From Candidatus Wallbacteria bacterium GWC2_49_35 (GTDB taxonomy: Bacteria > Muiribacteriota > UBA9980), in the NCBI GenBank assembly GCA_001791795.1, contig MGFH01000153.1, positions 1 through 47,855 on the forward strand: a stretch of 47,855 bases of DNA, in the 5' to 3' direction. This document shows, piece by piece, positions 12,301 through 20,538 of the stretch. The position numbers and the translations under genes are program-made. The notes below the pieces were generated by a model. That model had not been told where the DNA came from and searched no databases. It saw only the letters and a program-made list of their open reading frames with translations. Position 1 is the stretch's first letter; every line of letters starts with the position of its first letter.

Positions 12301-15300
12301 TCGTTCTTATGCGACACCGTGCCGCCGCTGGCGTCTATGAACTATCCAAACACGCAGTACGTAACGACACAGAGCATAGATATTCTGATCAACCTTTCCG
12401 ACGCTACGAGCGGCATAGACCCGGCCACCGTGACGTTTGAAATCAAAAAGCAGGGCGAGACCGATTTTTCGGCGTTCTATCTGACGCCGGGCTCCGCGCT
12501 TACCTACGCCGGCAACGTTCTGAAATATTCAAGCGGCCAGCCTTACCAGGCGGGCACTCACGAGATCAGGCTCGCCCGCGCGAAAGACAGGGCCGGCCAC
12601 AATTACGCGACCGCGCCGTATCCTCCGGGCGGGCCGCTGCCGCTCACCTTCACTTTCAACGTGGTGAAGGACGGCCCCGTCGCGTCCATAATCCAGCCGC
12701 TGCCAAACGCCGTGGTTGATTACAACCTGGTCCCGGGCAGCGACGAAATAGTCATTAAGATCGAACCGCCCGCGGGCTCTCCGGGCGTGGACCCGACGTC
12801 GATCGAACTCGAGCTCACCGAGGGCACCAACCCCGCGCGCCTGGTCAAGGTCATAGCCGGCAGCGGTCTTACCTACAACGCGACCACCAAACTGCTTTCA
12901 TACAGGTACACCAACGTCGTGCCGCCGCTGCCGATCCCCGAAGGAAAGGTCAAGGCCAAACTCAACAAGGCCCTCGATTATCTCGGCAAGCCTTACGCAT
13001 CGAGCCCGAACCCTCTGACGTGGACCTTCATCTTTGACACGGTGGCGCCGAAACTGGTCGAATCGACCATTAACCCGATACCGAACAAGTATGCCCTCAC
13101 CGGCACGCAGGAAATCACCATGCGCCTGGATGACGGCCCCTTCGGCTCGGGCTTCGACACCGCCTCGATCCAGATCGAAGTTAAATACTATCCCGCAACC
13201 AACCCCGCCAATCAGCAAGTCACGGTCGTAAACGTCGGCACGTTCCTGAAATTCGAGAACAAGCCGCTGGCCGGAGTTACCGGTGATTATCTGCTCAGCT
13301 TCATACCGAGCCCGGGATACGCCGAAGGCACGGTCGACGTGAAACTCATCTCAGGCAAAGACCTCGCGGGACATCAGTACGTTTCAGACCCTTCGAATTC
13401 ATTCCCGTACTCATACAGATTCACGGTCGATCTGAATTCGCCCAAACTGCCGGACGATCTTGTCCAGCCAGGGCATATCGCGGTCGTACGCTACACGAAA
13501 AACAATATGCTGCCCATAATAATGCGCCTCGAAGACGGACACGGCTCGCAGGTCGACCCGAGTTCGATACAGCTTACCGTCGGGCCTAAAACATATAAAA
13601 TAGGCACGGACCCCAACCTCACCTACGTCACCGACGCCAACTCGCTGACGCTGACATTCAATCCGGCGACGCCTTACGGCGAAGGGACCGTCGACGTTTC
13701 GCTCGACGTCTGCAAAGATTTCGCCGGCCGCAGCGCGCTCGGCTTCCCGTCGAACGCGGCGACACCCTACAGGTTCGCCTTCGTGTGCGACACGGTAAAA
13801 CCGTCGCCGCAAAATCCAGTTCCGATGAATAATTCTTTCACTTCCGATAACACGAGCTTCATCTCGCTGCAGCTTAAAGACTTTACCAGCGGGGTAAACC
13901 AGTACACCATCACGGTGCGCGACAAGAACAGCAACGTTCTTCCGCTGATGCCGACGGCCACCACTTATAACCCGTCAACCTACGTTTTACGCACCCGCAC
14001 CCAGAACCCTTTGCCGGAAGGCACGGTTTCGGTCGAAGTGTGGTGCCAGGACAGGGCAACCAACGAAATAGAATCGTCGGAAATGCCTGCCCGCTACCGC
14101 TGGAGTTTCCTGGTAAGCATAGGCGGCCCGACGGTCGATATGACGAAGCCGTCGCCGGCGACGAACCCGAAATTCCCGCGCGTGAACGACAATCTGCAGA
14201 AGCTCGAATTCGTTTTCAACGATAACGGCGTCGCGCTCGAAGAGGCCAGCATAGCGCTCACGATACAGTATCCCGACGCGACCATACTGACCTTCAGGCT
14301 CAGCCAGCCGAATTATCTAACATACGACGCGCTCAACAAAAAAGTGACGTTCAATCCGGGCTCTAACAATCCCGCGGCCAATCCGCCCATAATGTACAAG
14401 GAAGGCACCATAAGCGTCAATATAGCAGCGAACAATCTGAGCGGCTTCCCCGTCGCCGGAAACGCCAACTGGCAGTTCCAGGTAGATTCGAAAGGCCCCT
14501 ACGTGATTCCCGGTACGCCCATGCCCGTGCCCAATTCGACCACGGGCAACCCGCAGGCATTGCTCAAATTAAAGATAAAAGACGACCTCGGCGTAATCGA
14601 TCCGGCCGAAATTTTATTCAGGATAGACAACACCGGCCTCACGGGCGGCTTCATAGACAATATAACGCTGTCGACGCTCGGGCCGGGCGGTCTTACACCG
14701 CTGACATTCAATCCCGCCGATGGCGAGATCGTGTTCGACCCCGCGAAAATGAATATCAATTTCGCCAGCGAAGTTACAGCCACGCTGAAACGCGCTAAGG
14801 ACGATCTCGGCAACGGCCTTTCGGGCGGCTCCTTCGCCTGGAAGTTCACCATCAACGCAACGTCGCCATGGGCCGATAATCCGACCATAAATAAAGTAAT
14901 CGGCGGCATCACGGGGCCCTCGATACCCGCAGGCGGCGCAAAGATAAATTCGACGCGCTTTATAACTTCAATGGAAATATACCCGCAGCAGGCCTCCGCG
15001 ACCATAAATAAAAACACGATCAAGATAAAGGTCGGCGGGACCGAATACTCTTATCTCGAGCCGGCCATGATGTTCACGCCGGTCGCCGGGCAGAATTACG
15101 GAATTCTCACTTTCGACACTGGAAAACTTGCGCCCGCGCCTTCAGTGCCTTCGAACGATTCGCTCGAAATATCGCTGACCGCCGTACAGAACAGCCTCGG
15201 CACCAATCTGGCCGCGCCTTATAAGTTCACCATAATCATCGATACGGCCGCTCCCACGATAGGCATCGAAAACCCCGCCGATAAGAGCATAATCACCAAC

Positions 15301-18300
15301 GCCAGGTCCATACTTTCGATAGAGCTGTTAGATCCGCCGGCGCACCGTATCGACACGTCGTCGATAGAATTCACCGTAAACGGCATACTGTTCAATTCGA
15401 CGACAGGCGGGCTCAGTTACAACCCCGTCACGCACAAGGCCGAACTGAACCCTATTACGGTAAACGTGCCGGCTAATTATTCCTACAAGCAGGGCAACAA
15501 TAACGTGTCGCTCACCAACGCGCGCGACGAGGCCGGAAACCCGATCGCCGGGCCGAAATCGTGGTCGTTCTTCGTCGATGACACCGGGCCGGTCGCGTTT
15601 TTAAGCACGGCGACGCCCGCGCCCAACACAGTCACCGGCGATCCCGGAGCGCTCATCGGAATAAAAGTGACCTCGGCCGGCACTAAGATCAATCCGGCCA
15701 CGTTCCTGGTCAATATCGTCAACCATACGACCAATCTTGGCGACATAGCCGGAACGGACGAAGTGCGCGGCATATCTTATAACGAGACCAGCGGCTTCTA
15801 TACCATAAACCCGGCTCTCCATCCTCTGCTGCACTTCAATAACGGCACGATAAGCGTCACGCTGAAAAAGGTCGAGAACCTGGCGGGCAATCAGCTTCAG
15901 AACCCCGTCAACTGGCAGTATTATCTCGACCGCATCGGCCCCGTCGCGCTCCGAAACTCGAAGACCATTGGTCTTCCCGACGGCCTGCCGGCGAGCTCGA
16001 TGACATCGAGCAGGACTCAGAAAGCGATATTCGAGATCGCCGACGACAACAATATATCGCTCATCGACGTCGCTTCGCTTAAAATGCAGCTGGTTTACGG
16101 CGGCTCAACAATCGAGGTCGGCGCATACAGCCCAGGATGCGAATACTCCGTTTCGCTGGGACGTTTCACCTACGATCCGTCGAAGCTCCAGCCGCCCGTT
16201 CAATATCCGGACGGCACGGTCGCCGTCATTCTCTCGCAGGCTAAAGACATACTGGGCAACAATCTCAGGCCGCACCTGCTGAACTCGTTCTTCTTCATAG
16301 TCAACACGCGCGGACCGAACGCCTCGAACCCGGCGCCGCTTCCAAACGAGGTCGTGTCCAGCCAGTATCCGAAGATATCTTTCGACCTGACCGCGGAACC
16401 TCCCGCGAGCATAGTCATGACCAACGAACGCCCAATAGAGCTCAGAGTGAACGGCGTGCTCTATTCAAGCAAGTCCATTCCAACGCCGGTAGTGAAGGCC
16501 GGAAACCGCGTGATCTTCGATCCGGCGCTCATAGGCCTTCAGTTCGGCTCCTCACAGATAACTTTCGAGATAGTCTCCGCGTTCGACTCGCTCGGCAACT
16601 CTCTGAGGCCTTCGACCGACCCGCGCATAGGCTCTTCAAACAGCTGGATCTTCAAAAACGACGTGACGCCGCCTTCGATCAGCGCGCCGACGCCGGCCCA
16701 CCAGAGCGTCGTCGGAAACCCCGCACCCGTAATTTCGGCCACCATTAAAGATAATCTTTCGGCCGTCAATAAAAATACCATAAAACTCAAAATAAACGGA
16801 GGAGCCGAAATAGATTCTTCGAAGATCTCATTCGATTCCTCGAGCGGCAGGATGAGCTGCGACCTTTCGCAGGCCGGCATCGCCGACAGGCTCGCCGCCG
16901 GTGACAACATCATCAGGATAACCGACGTGCGCGACTCTCTCGGTAACGCCATACCCGTTCCTTACGCATGGAACGTTTACCTCGACAGTCAGCCGCCCGA
17001 AGTGACGGCGGGTTCCGAGCGCCCTGTAAACGGCTCGAAGGGCAATATTTTAAGGCCCGTTATCTCATTTTCCGTCGCCGACAACCCTAAAATAGCCTAC
17101 GGCGTCGCCTACTACGGCGACGTTAACCGCAACTCCATAAAGGTCAGGATAACCAACGGCAACACCGACCGCATCGTAAAATACGGCGACATAGGCTTCT
17201 ACTACGCGAAACCGGCGGTCACTATCGATACCGCCCTTCTAGGCTTCAATCTGGTCGACGGGCTCTGCGAAGTGTCCGTGCTCGGTGAGGCGGGTGGAGC
17301 GACAAACGCCATGGCGGATGTTTTCGGCAACAAGATGGTCTCCGATTACACATTCTCGTTCACGGTCGTATCGAGCGGCCCCTATGTCTACGGCGTTCCG
17401 ACGCCGGCTCCTTCGAGCTCGGTGACCAACAACAAACCGCTCATCAAAATTAACCTGCGCTCCGACAAATCTACTATCAGGCCCGTCACGATAAAACTCA
17501 TGGTCGACGGCGTAACGTATACCACCGCGTCACCGGCGATGACCTACGCTGGCGACGAAGTGCGCTTCAACCCCGCCGACGCGGGCATAACGCTGCGCGA
17601 AGGCTCGATCGAAGTTAAACTGGCCGAGGCCGAAGACGAGCTCGGCAACAAGCTCGCCGCCGACACTTCGGGTATAAATCCCTGGACCTTCAGGGTCGAT
17701 ACGGCCGGTCCGACGGCGAAGGTCGGCGCAAACCTCATCAGCGACGATCTTCCGACCACCATGCTGATAACGGCCCAGCCGAGCGAAGCGCTCACGGGCA
17801 CGCCCTCGCTGAAGGCCACCTACGGCGACGGAACCGTCTCCTACCTGAACGTGACGGACACTTACGGCGACCAGAAATACTTCTCGGGAGCGCTCGAGCT
17901 CGCCTCGATCCCGAAATCGCCGGTGACGTTCACTTTCATCGGCACCGACGCAAACGGCGTATATTCCGAAACGCCCATAACCAATTTCAGCCTGTCGAAA
18001 ACATCTATAATGTCGCCGGTAACTTTCAAAAATCAGAAATATTACCTGGTCGGCCTGCCGGTCGCGCCCGACAACACATCAATATCTAACGTATTCACCG
18101 GGCTTCCGTCCGCCGGCTACACCATATGGGAAGGCGCCGATTCCAACAGGCAGATCGCCTATTACATGTTGCCCGGAAAGGCTTACTGGCTGCTCAATTC
18201 GTCCGGAGGCGACTTCAACGTGTCGGCCAACGGCTACGAAATGAGCGTTCCGATGCAGAAATTCGACATCAACCTCAGGGCCGGCTGGAACCTGGTATCA

Positions 18301-20538
18301 TTTCCTTACAACAGCCGCGTCAAGCTCAACCAGTGCACCATCAAGAGCGAGCAGGGCGAGGTTTCGATGTTCGCTTCCGACAACGTGTACACGGAGCGGG
18401 CGATGTGGTCTTACGATTACGATACGAGCGGGTCGCCGACCTTCTCGCTCAACCACTACGACGCGCACATCACCCCGTTCACCGGCTATTACATTTACGC
18501 CTACGCGGAATGCTCGCTGCGCGTGCCGCCGGTGTTCGTGACCAACGACGAGGTCAATAAATATCCTCTTCCGCCTTACGGCATGACGCTCACCGGCTCG
18601 GGGCTCGCGACGGAGCGCAGCCTGTGGTGCCGCCTCGGCGTTTCGTGCGACGGGTACCGCGACGAATATAACTACTTCGGCTTGAAGGACGGCGCGCAGG
18701 ACATAATAGAAAAAGACTGCGACCTGATGGAACCGCCCGTCAATCCAGTCGGCCAGGGGGCTTATCTTTCGGCCTACCTTGGCGAAGGCACCGCCGTCAA
18801 ATACTGCTCCGATTTCAGAAACACCCTCGCTGCACGCAAAAAATGGAACTTCGCCGTCAAAACCAATTTGAGCGGTAAAACCGCCGTCATGACGTGGCAG
18901 ACCCTTCGCGACAGGCTTCCTTACAACTACGACCTTATACTTTACGACCGCCTGAGCGGCGGCACCGTGAACATGCGCACGGCCTCGTCGTACCAGTTCA
19001 GCGCGGCTTCGACCGGCGAACGCCTGTTCTCGATAATCTTCAATCCCATAAACGCCTCGGGCGAAGGCGGCGGAACATCCGACACGACCAGGCCATCCAT
19101 AATATCGCGTTTGCCCTATGAAAATCAGCAGAGCGTGCCGGTTTCAAACTCTGTCTATCTGAGGTTCGACGAAAAACTCAACCCCGCCTCAGTCCAGAAT
19201 TCGATTACGCTCAGCAATTTATCGTCCGGCGGACTGGTTCGCGGCGTCACATATTACGACGAATCCATCAACGAGGTCACTTTCAAACCCGAAAACAATC
19301 TGGATTCGAATACCACCTACAGGGTGAGCGTCAACAACATAACCGACGCAGCCGGCAACTTCATGACGAAATCCGAATGGATGTTCTCCAGCGCAAAAGT
19401 TTCCGCGACCGAGCAAAACGTAAAAATAACTGTCAAAAAAGGCTGGAATCTCATTTCAGTCCCCGTATATCCGAAAGCTAAGAGCATCGGCGAAATCTTC
19501 TCCGGCATGAGCTCGAAGTTCGTTTTATATAACAGGAAGGGCAACCAGCTGTCGGTCTATAACGGCGTAGAGGCGTTCACGCCTTTCGTAATAGGCCCTG
19601 GAAACGGCTACTGGCTCTATTCTCACTCCGATTCCGACGTCGCGCTGAATATAGCCGGATACGCCGTGCCGGTCGACTCGTCGAGCGACACTCACTTCGA
19701 AATACCTCTTACGAAAGGCTTCAACCAGATAGGCGTGCCGTTCAACATCGGCGACGCCGAAACCATAGCCATAGCCGGCTTCGGTTTCAGGCTCAGAAGT
19801 TCCGCTTCGCCCGTCAACGTCACGGCCGCGATCGGTAACGGATATATCAGAAATACCTTATATACTTTCACCAAGCTCGGCATTTCCGGCCAGATAAACC
19901 CGCTTTCGTTCACCGACGTTAGCGCGAAACTGAGAAACGCCGAAGGATTTTTCGTTTACAGCAACCAGGACGACGTCGTGCTCAGGATACCGCGGCCAGG
20001 CGTAACTTCGCCCGCGCCCGCGGACAGAGGCGCGTCTAAAAAGTCGGCCGTGAAATTAAATATCGACCCGCTCAGAAGCTGGAAGGTCAAACTCGGGGTA
20101 ACGAGCCCGAAGATCGGATATCAGGATTCCGCCAACTATTTCGGCGTCGACTACGTGGCAGAGGACGGCCTTGACGCATGCGACGTTCTGAAGCTGATAT
20201 CGCCTGATCCCTGTCTGGCGTTGTATTTCGTTAAAGAAACGCCCGGCGGAAAATACACGCTGGCATCGGACATCAGGGCTTCCTCCACGCCGGTTTCGGC
20301 GGCAGGCGGCGGGCACAACGCTCTCAGATGGCGGTTTACGGTCGCATCCAGAGGCCTCGACTACGCCGACGGAAAGATCGTCTGGGACAGGTCGGCCCTT
20401 CCATCTTCCGGCGGGCTGGTCCTCGTTGACAGGCTGCAAAACACTGAAACCGACATGCGTTCGCGCGACGGCTACCCCGTCATAATCGACGGCGCCGCCC
20501 GCGAATTTGAAATAATATATACTCCGGAGATGAGATAA
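6358..20538 (+). CDS. Giant secreted protein (4726 aa): FG-GAP/integrin-alpha-like beta-propeller, Fn3, about 25 Ig-like repeats, SbsA/Big_5-like domain, duplicated C-terminal cassette
   Basis: Sec signal (MLKNRR + hydrophobic core). Seven FG-GAP-like blades, e.g. DFDNDGVNDVIVASP and FGFSVSCGDINGDGFDDIAIGAP (about 6585-8100). Fn3-like domain (VTWS...YHVQFS...YHYRVRV). Tandem repeats of about 115-125 aa ending D-x-x-G-N...W-x-F-x-[VI]-D (about 8800-17700). Big_5-like DTTRP...FDEKLNPASV...DAAGN at about 19081-19390. Confidence 0.85.
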   Translation: MLKNRRFAYLCLSVLIFSLSVIIFSPDPGRAFQYTGASTNTAPSANSVKIITPNSLTPITFAQAPTTCDWFCAGGRTLVADFDNDGVNDVIVASPYGEYNFSDQLAGMVMIYKGPVASGGTYSWDSGNWDAAPNTTATGYILGANVKEHTGFAIAAGNFGSRALVIGRPYETGTPSEVAVIFTRAIANLNGNATRIKPNMIDMKQMGDATQTLGKNDMKNFSLLIKNIPGANAPAVGGIYPHNSIGAASGMSLACGDVTGDSVDDIIIGCPNDGGTAGAVYIIKGKTNWKDNDSNTAPLEIDVTTMTAADGYKITGVNAGDFFGASLLVSNIYGDSRGELIIGATGAQAKGGVVIIPGGTIDSWNVLTYSIGLIAEAKGVISPSGSNGLRMGHALATGKFHDSGAANNDLIVTEFADADNATAAYVIFGNATLPAANPIPVDVTIKSNKTTERFGFSVSCGDINGDGFDDIAIGAPKGGIDATTGRGKAYVIHGMAYISGSELDLANAAGRPFMNSTFQTQGNYGRINTGDTNYFFGYGAAIGNVGGPNARAELIVSCYSETPTTTGVFTNAGYQGSTYVLFTSACPAKPSTNQLASPSSNGNQTVTWSNFSDPEGDTMKYYHVQFSRDATFQDFAQIVDSGVISVAANTTQHTENLTIDGTYHYRVRVGDDYSFSQFSDVKQVVINKNPPSDVTDITPINGQDVVALGGQRQIKIRVTDDTMCETQVTAEIWIKSQDDANANDVWDAGEGGTTIATPITVVGAITDYSFNVTEGLAKDSIRIFITGWDSAKNVIPEAVGGSRANPKIIYQIHSNKGPIVSAWRINPRTGFKKYTNDNNAKFVNDPQPIITANLTDDDSVVTNIKLKVQGTEYGVGPQLNYVDPGLTFTPSTDLVNGSLPVELTSADDGYGNPVQPITTTTGFVIDRTGPSAVEANCQPVNGGASDKPKPTIVFALNEFASGVVGCGVKDSLEIKIFNNNKWTYFTLEGNDYRENNVPKFPAAITIDASGAGTGFYLVKIDLNLTGLTLSNGATQAVIKAFDNLDNAMSGTTYTINFTVGLKGPQAEKREPQPDNVKVNSAKIKIRIWSDDGLAIDTLSVDLKVSGPPPTNNVIYQKIGCNQTELVYDVPTQILTFDPTKTSPATTFEQGTITVLLNDVKDSEGNQLRSRPLTWTFVFDSVGPAAGTDTVPAKDAWTNNNKQIVKMKVSDVTTKVVGTSIKFKVDGNIYTTSSLGMNYDPTTAWITFDPTTQAVTFADKVINVELVEAFDEAGNPLTAGANNTWSFKVDSTPPVAANFDPPDKAIRNINTLPIKCRLTDTFSGIDTNSVTFKINGTQITTYTIAGDGTLSYNATLPIGVNTCEVSVKDIATNTLAVTPAVWTFTIDNGRMQVINDATSPDPADNSYTNTAKNNFTLKMTKTSSGLDTASVTFDVLHGIPEATILGVVTAEEKSDHYLLKWTSSAGDFLEGPVKISMTKCQNLAGWNFLNAPFNWKFTYDKTKPFATIDAQSPSPAPNTIQTNNKVPITLKLDDALAGVDPASITLSIAPGGQAPPGADYTTADPQMNYDAINKILTFTTTNAYPDGTLTVTLKTTKDKATNTYDTVPASSIPYTWAFSIDTQLPVCLITRPPNDNDIVLMNDDYITATLGDPQGINTGEIKITIVSSVDNTLENMLPVTPPYFTFTPDSSTSGTLKYDPKLKTPALKFSDAVIDVYVYAKDNAGFAIVPNPIHRVYKVDTTGPVMIDGSKPPVADSRVPAPATTVGVSATKPLQIKCRLEDMPGGVKSDSITYKFTTTDAGGNVLTDTLTPLNVVNISPTVVEITYTIPNANLTAGAIPDVCTCEMEILTATDLTTALHPLQAKTTNKWSFFINNSNPIAINPYPAHNSVITSSSEEVGLTVFHAFGINTTSIEFYYNNVQALFPSSPGSYIFNYDDPTSKLSFKPLGTATSQWVEGTNTVELRHAKEKISGKDIANPVIWSFLCDTVPPLASMNYPNTQYVTTQSIDILINLSDATSGIDPATVTFEIKKQGETDFSAFYLTPGSALTYAGNVLKYSSGQPYQAGTHEIRLARAKDRAGHNYATAPYPPGGPLPLTFTFNVVKDGPVASIIQPLPNAVVDYNLVPGSDEIVIKIEPPAGSPGVDPTSIELELTEGTNPARLVKVIAGSGLTYNATTKLLSYRYTNVVPPLPIPEGKVKAKLNKALDYLGKPYASSPNPLTWTFIFDTVAPKLVESTINPIPNKYALTGTQEITMRLDDGPFGSGFDTASIQIEVKYYPATNPANQQVTVVNVGTFLKFENKPLAGVTGDYLLSFIPSPGYAEGTVDVKLISGKDLAGHQYVSDPSNSFPYSYRFTVDLNSPKLPDDLVQPGHIAVVRYTKNNMLPIIMRLEDGHGSQVDPSSIQLTVGPKTYKIGTDPNLTYVTDANSLTLTFNPATPYGEGTVDVSLDVCKDFAGRSALGFPSNAATPYRFAFVCDTVKPSPQNPVPMNNSFTSDNTSFISLQLKDFTSGVNQYTITVRDKNSNVLPLMPTATTYNPSTYVLRTRTQNPLPEGTVSVEVWCQDRATNEIESSEMPARYRWSFLVSIGGPTVDMTKPSPATNPKFPRVNDNLQKLEFVFNDNGVALEEASIALTIQYPDATILTFRLSQPNYLTYDALNKKVTFNPGSNNPAANPPIMYKEGTISVNIAANNLSGFPVAGNANWQFQVDSKGPYVIPGTPMPVPNSTTGNPQALLKLKIKDDLGVIDPAEILFRIDNTGLTGGFIDNITLSTLGPGGLTPLTFNPADGEIVFDPAKMNINFASEVTATLKRAKDDLGNGLSGGSFAWKFTINATSPWADNPTINKVIGGITGPSIPAGGAKINSTRFITSMEIYPQQASATINKNTIKIKVGGTEYSYLEPAMMFTPVAGQNYGILTFDTGKLAPAPSVPSNDSLEISLTAVQNSLGTNLAAPYKFTIIIDTAAPTIGIENPADKSIITNARSILSIELLDPPAHRIDTSSIEFTVNGILFNSTTGGLSYNPVTHKAELNPITVNVPANYSYKQGNNNVSLTNARDEAGNPIAGPKSWSFFVDDTGPVAFLSTATPAPNTVTGDPGALIGIKVTSAGTKINPATFLVNIVNHTTNLGDIAGTDEVRGISYNETSGFYTINPALHPLLHFNNGTISVTLKKVENLAGNQLQNPVNWQYYLDRIGPVALRNSKTIGLPDGLPASSMTSSRTQKAIFEIADDNNISLIDVASLKMQLVYGGSTIEVGAYSPGCEYSVSLGRFTYDPSKLQPPVQYPDGTVAVILSQAKDILGNNLRPHLLNSFFFIVNTRGPNASNPAPLPNEVVSSQYPKISFDLTAEPPASIVMTNERPIELRVNGVLYSSKSIPTPVVKAGNRVIFDPALIGLQFGSSQITFEIVSAFDSLGNSLRPSTDPRIGSSNSWIFKNDVTPPSISAPTPAHQSVVGNPAPVISATIKDNLSAVNKNTIKLKINGGAEIDSSKISFDSSSGRMSCDLSQAGIADRLAAGDNIIRITDVRDSLGNAIPVPYAWNVYLDSQPPEVTAGSERPVNGSKGNILRPVISFSVADNPKIAYGVAYYGDVNRNSIKVRITNGNTDRIVKYGDIGFYYAKPAVTIDTALLGFNLVDGLCEVSVLGEAGGATNAMADVFGNKMVSDYTFSFTVVSSGPYVYGVPTPAPSSSVTNNKPLIKINLRSDKSTIRPVTIKLMVDGVTYTTASPAMTYAGDEVRFNPADAGITLREGSIEVKLAEAEDELGNKLAADTSGINPWTFRVDTAGPTAKVGANLISDDLPTTMLITAQPSEALTGTPSLKATYGDGTVSYLNVTDTYGDQKYFSGALELASIPKSPVTFTFIGTDANGVYSETPITNFSLSKTSIMSPVTFKNQKYYLVGLPVAPDNTSISNVFTGLPSAGYTIWEGADSNRQIAYYMLPGKAYWLLNSSGGDFNVSANGYEMSVPMQKFDINLRAGWNLVSFPYNSRVKLNQCTIKSEQGEVSMFASDNVYTERAMWSYDYDTSGSPTFSLNHYDAHITPFTGYYIYAYAECSLRVPPVFVTNDEVNKYPLPPYGMTLTGSGLATERSLWCRLGVSCDGYRDEYNYFGLKDGAQDIIEKDCDLMEPPVNPVGQGAYLSAYLGEGTAVKYCSDFRNTLAARKKWNFAVKTNLSGKTAVMTWQTLRDRLPYNYDLILYDRLSGGTVNMRTASSYQFSAASTGERLFSIIFNPINASGEGGGTSDTTRPSIISRLPYENQQSVPVSNSVYLRFDEKLNPASVQNSITLSNLSSGGLVRGVTYYDESINEVTFKPENNLDSNTTYRVSVNNITDAAGNFMTKSEWMFSSAKVSATEQNVKITVKKGWNLISVPVYPKAKSIGEIFSGMSSKFVLYNRKGNQLSVYNGVEAFTPFVIGPGNGYWLYSHSDSDVALNIAGYAVPVDSSSDTHFEIPLTKGFNQIGVPFNIGDAETIAIAGFGFRLRSSASPVNVTAAIGNGYIRNTLYTFTKLGISGQINPLSFTDVSAKLRNAEGFFVYSNQDDVVLRIPRPGVTSPAPADRGASKKSAVKLNIDPLRSWKVKLGVTSPKIGYQDSANYFGVDYVAEDGLDACDVLKLISPDPCLALYFVKETPGGKYTLASDIRASSTPVSAAGGGHNALRWRFTVASRGLDYADGKIVWDRSALPSSGGLVLVDRLQNTETDMRSRDGYPVIIDGAAREFEIIYTPEMR

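Noticed and set aside
6358-20538. Giant protein as RTX/Bap T1SS substrate, autotransporter or polymorphic toxin
   Set aside because: It has a Sec signal. I found no GGxGxD nonapeptides, RHS/YD repeats, Hint domain, C-terminal barrel or adjacent transporter or immunity gene.
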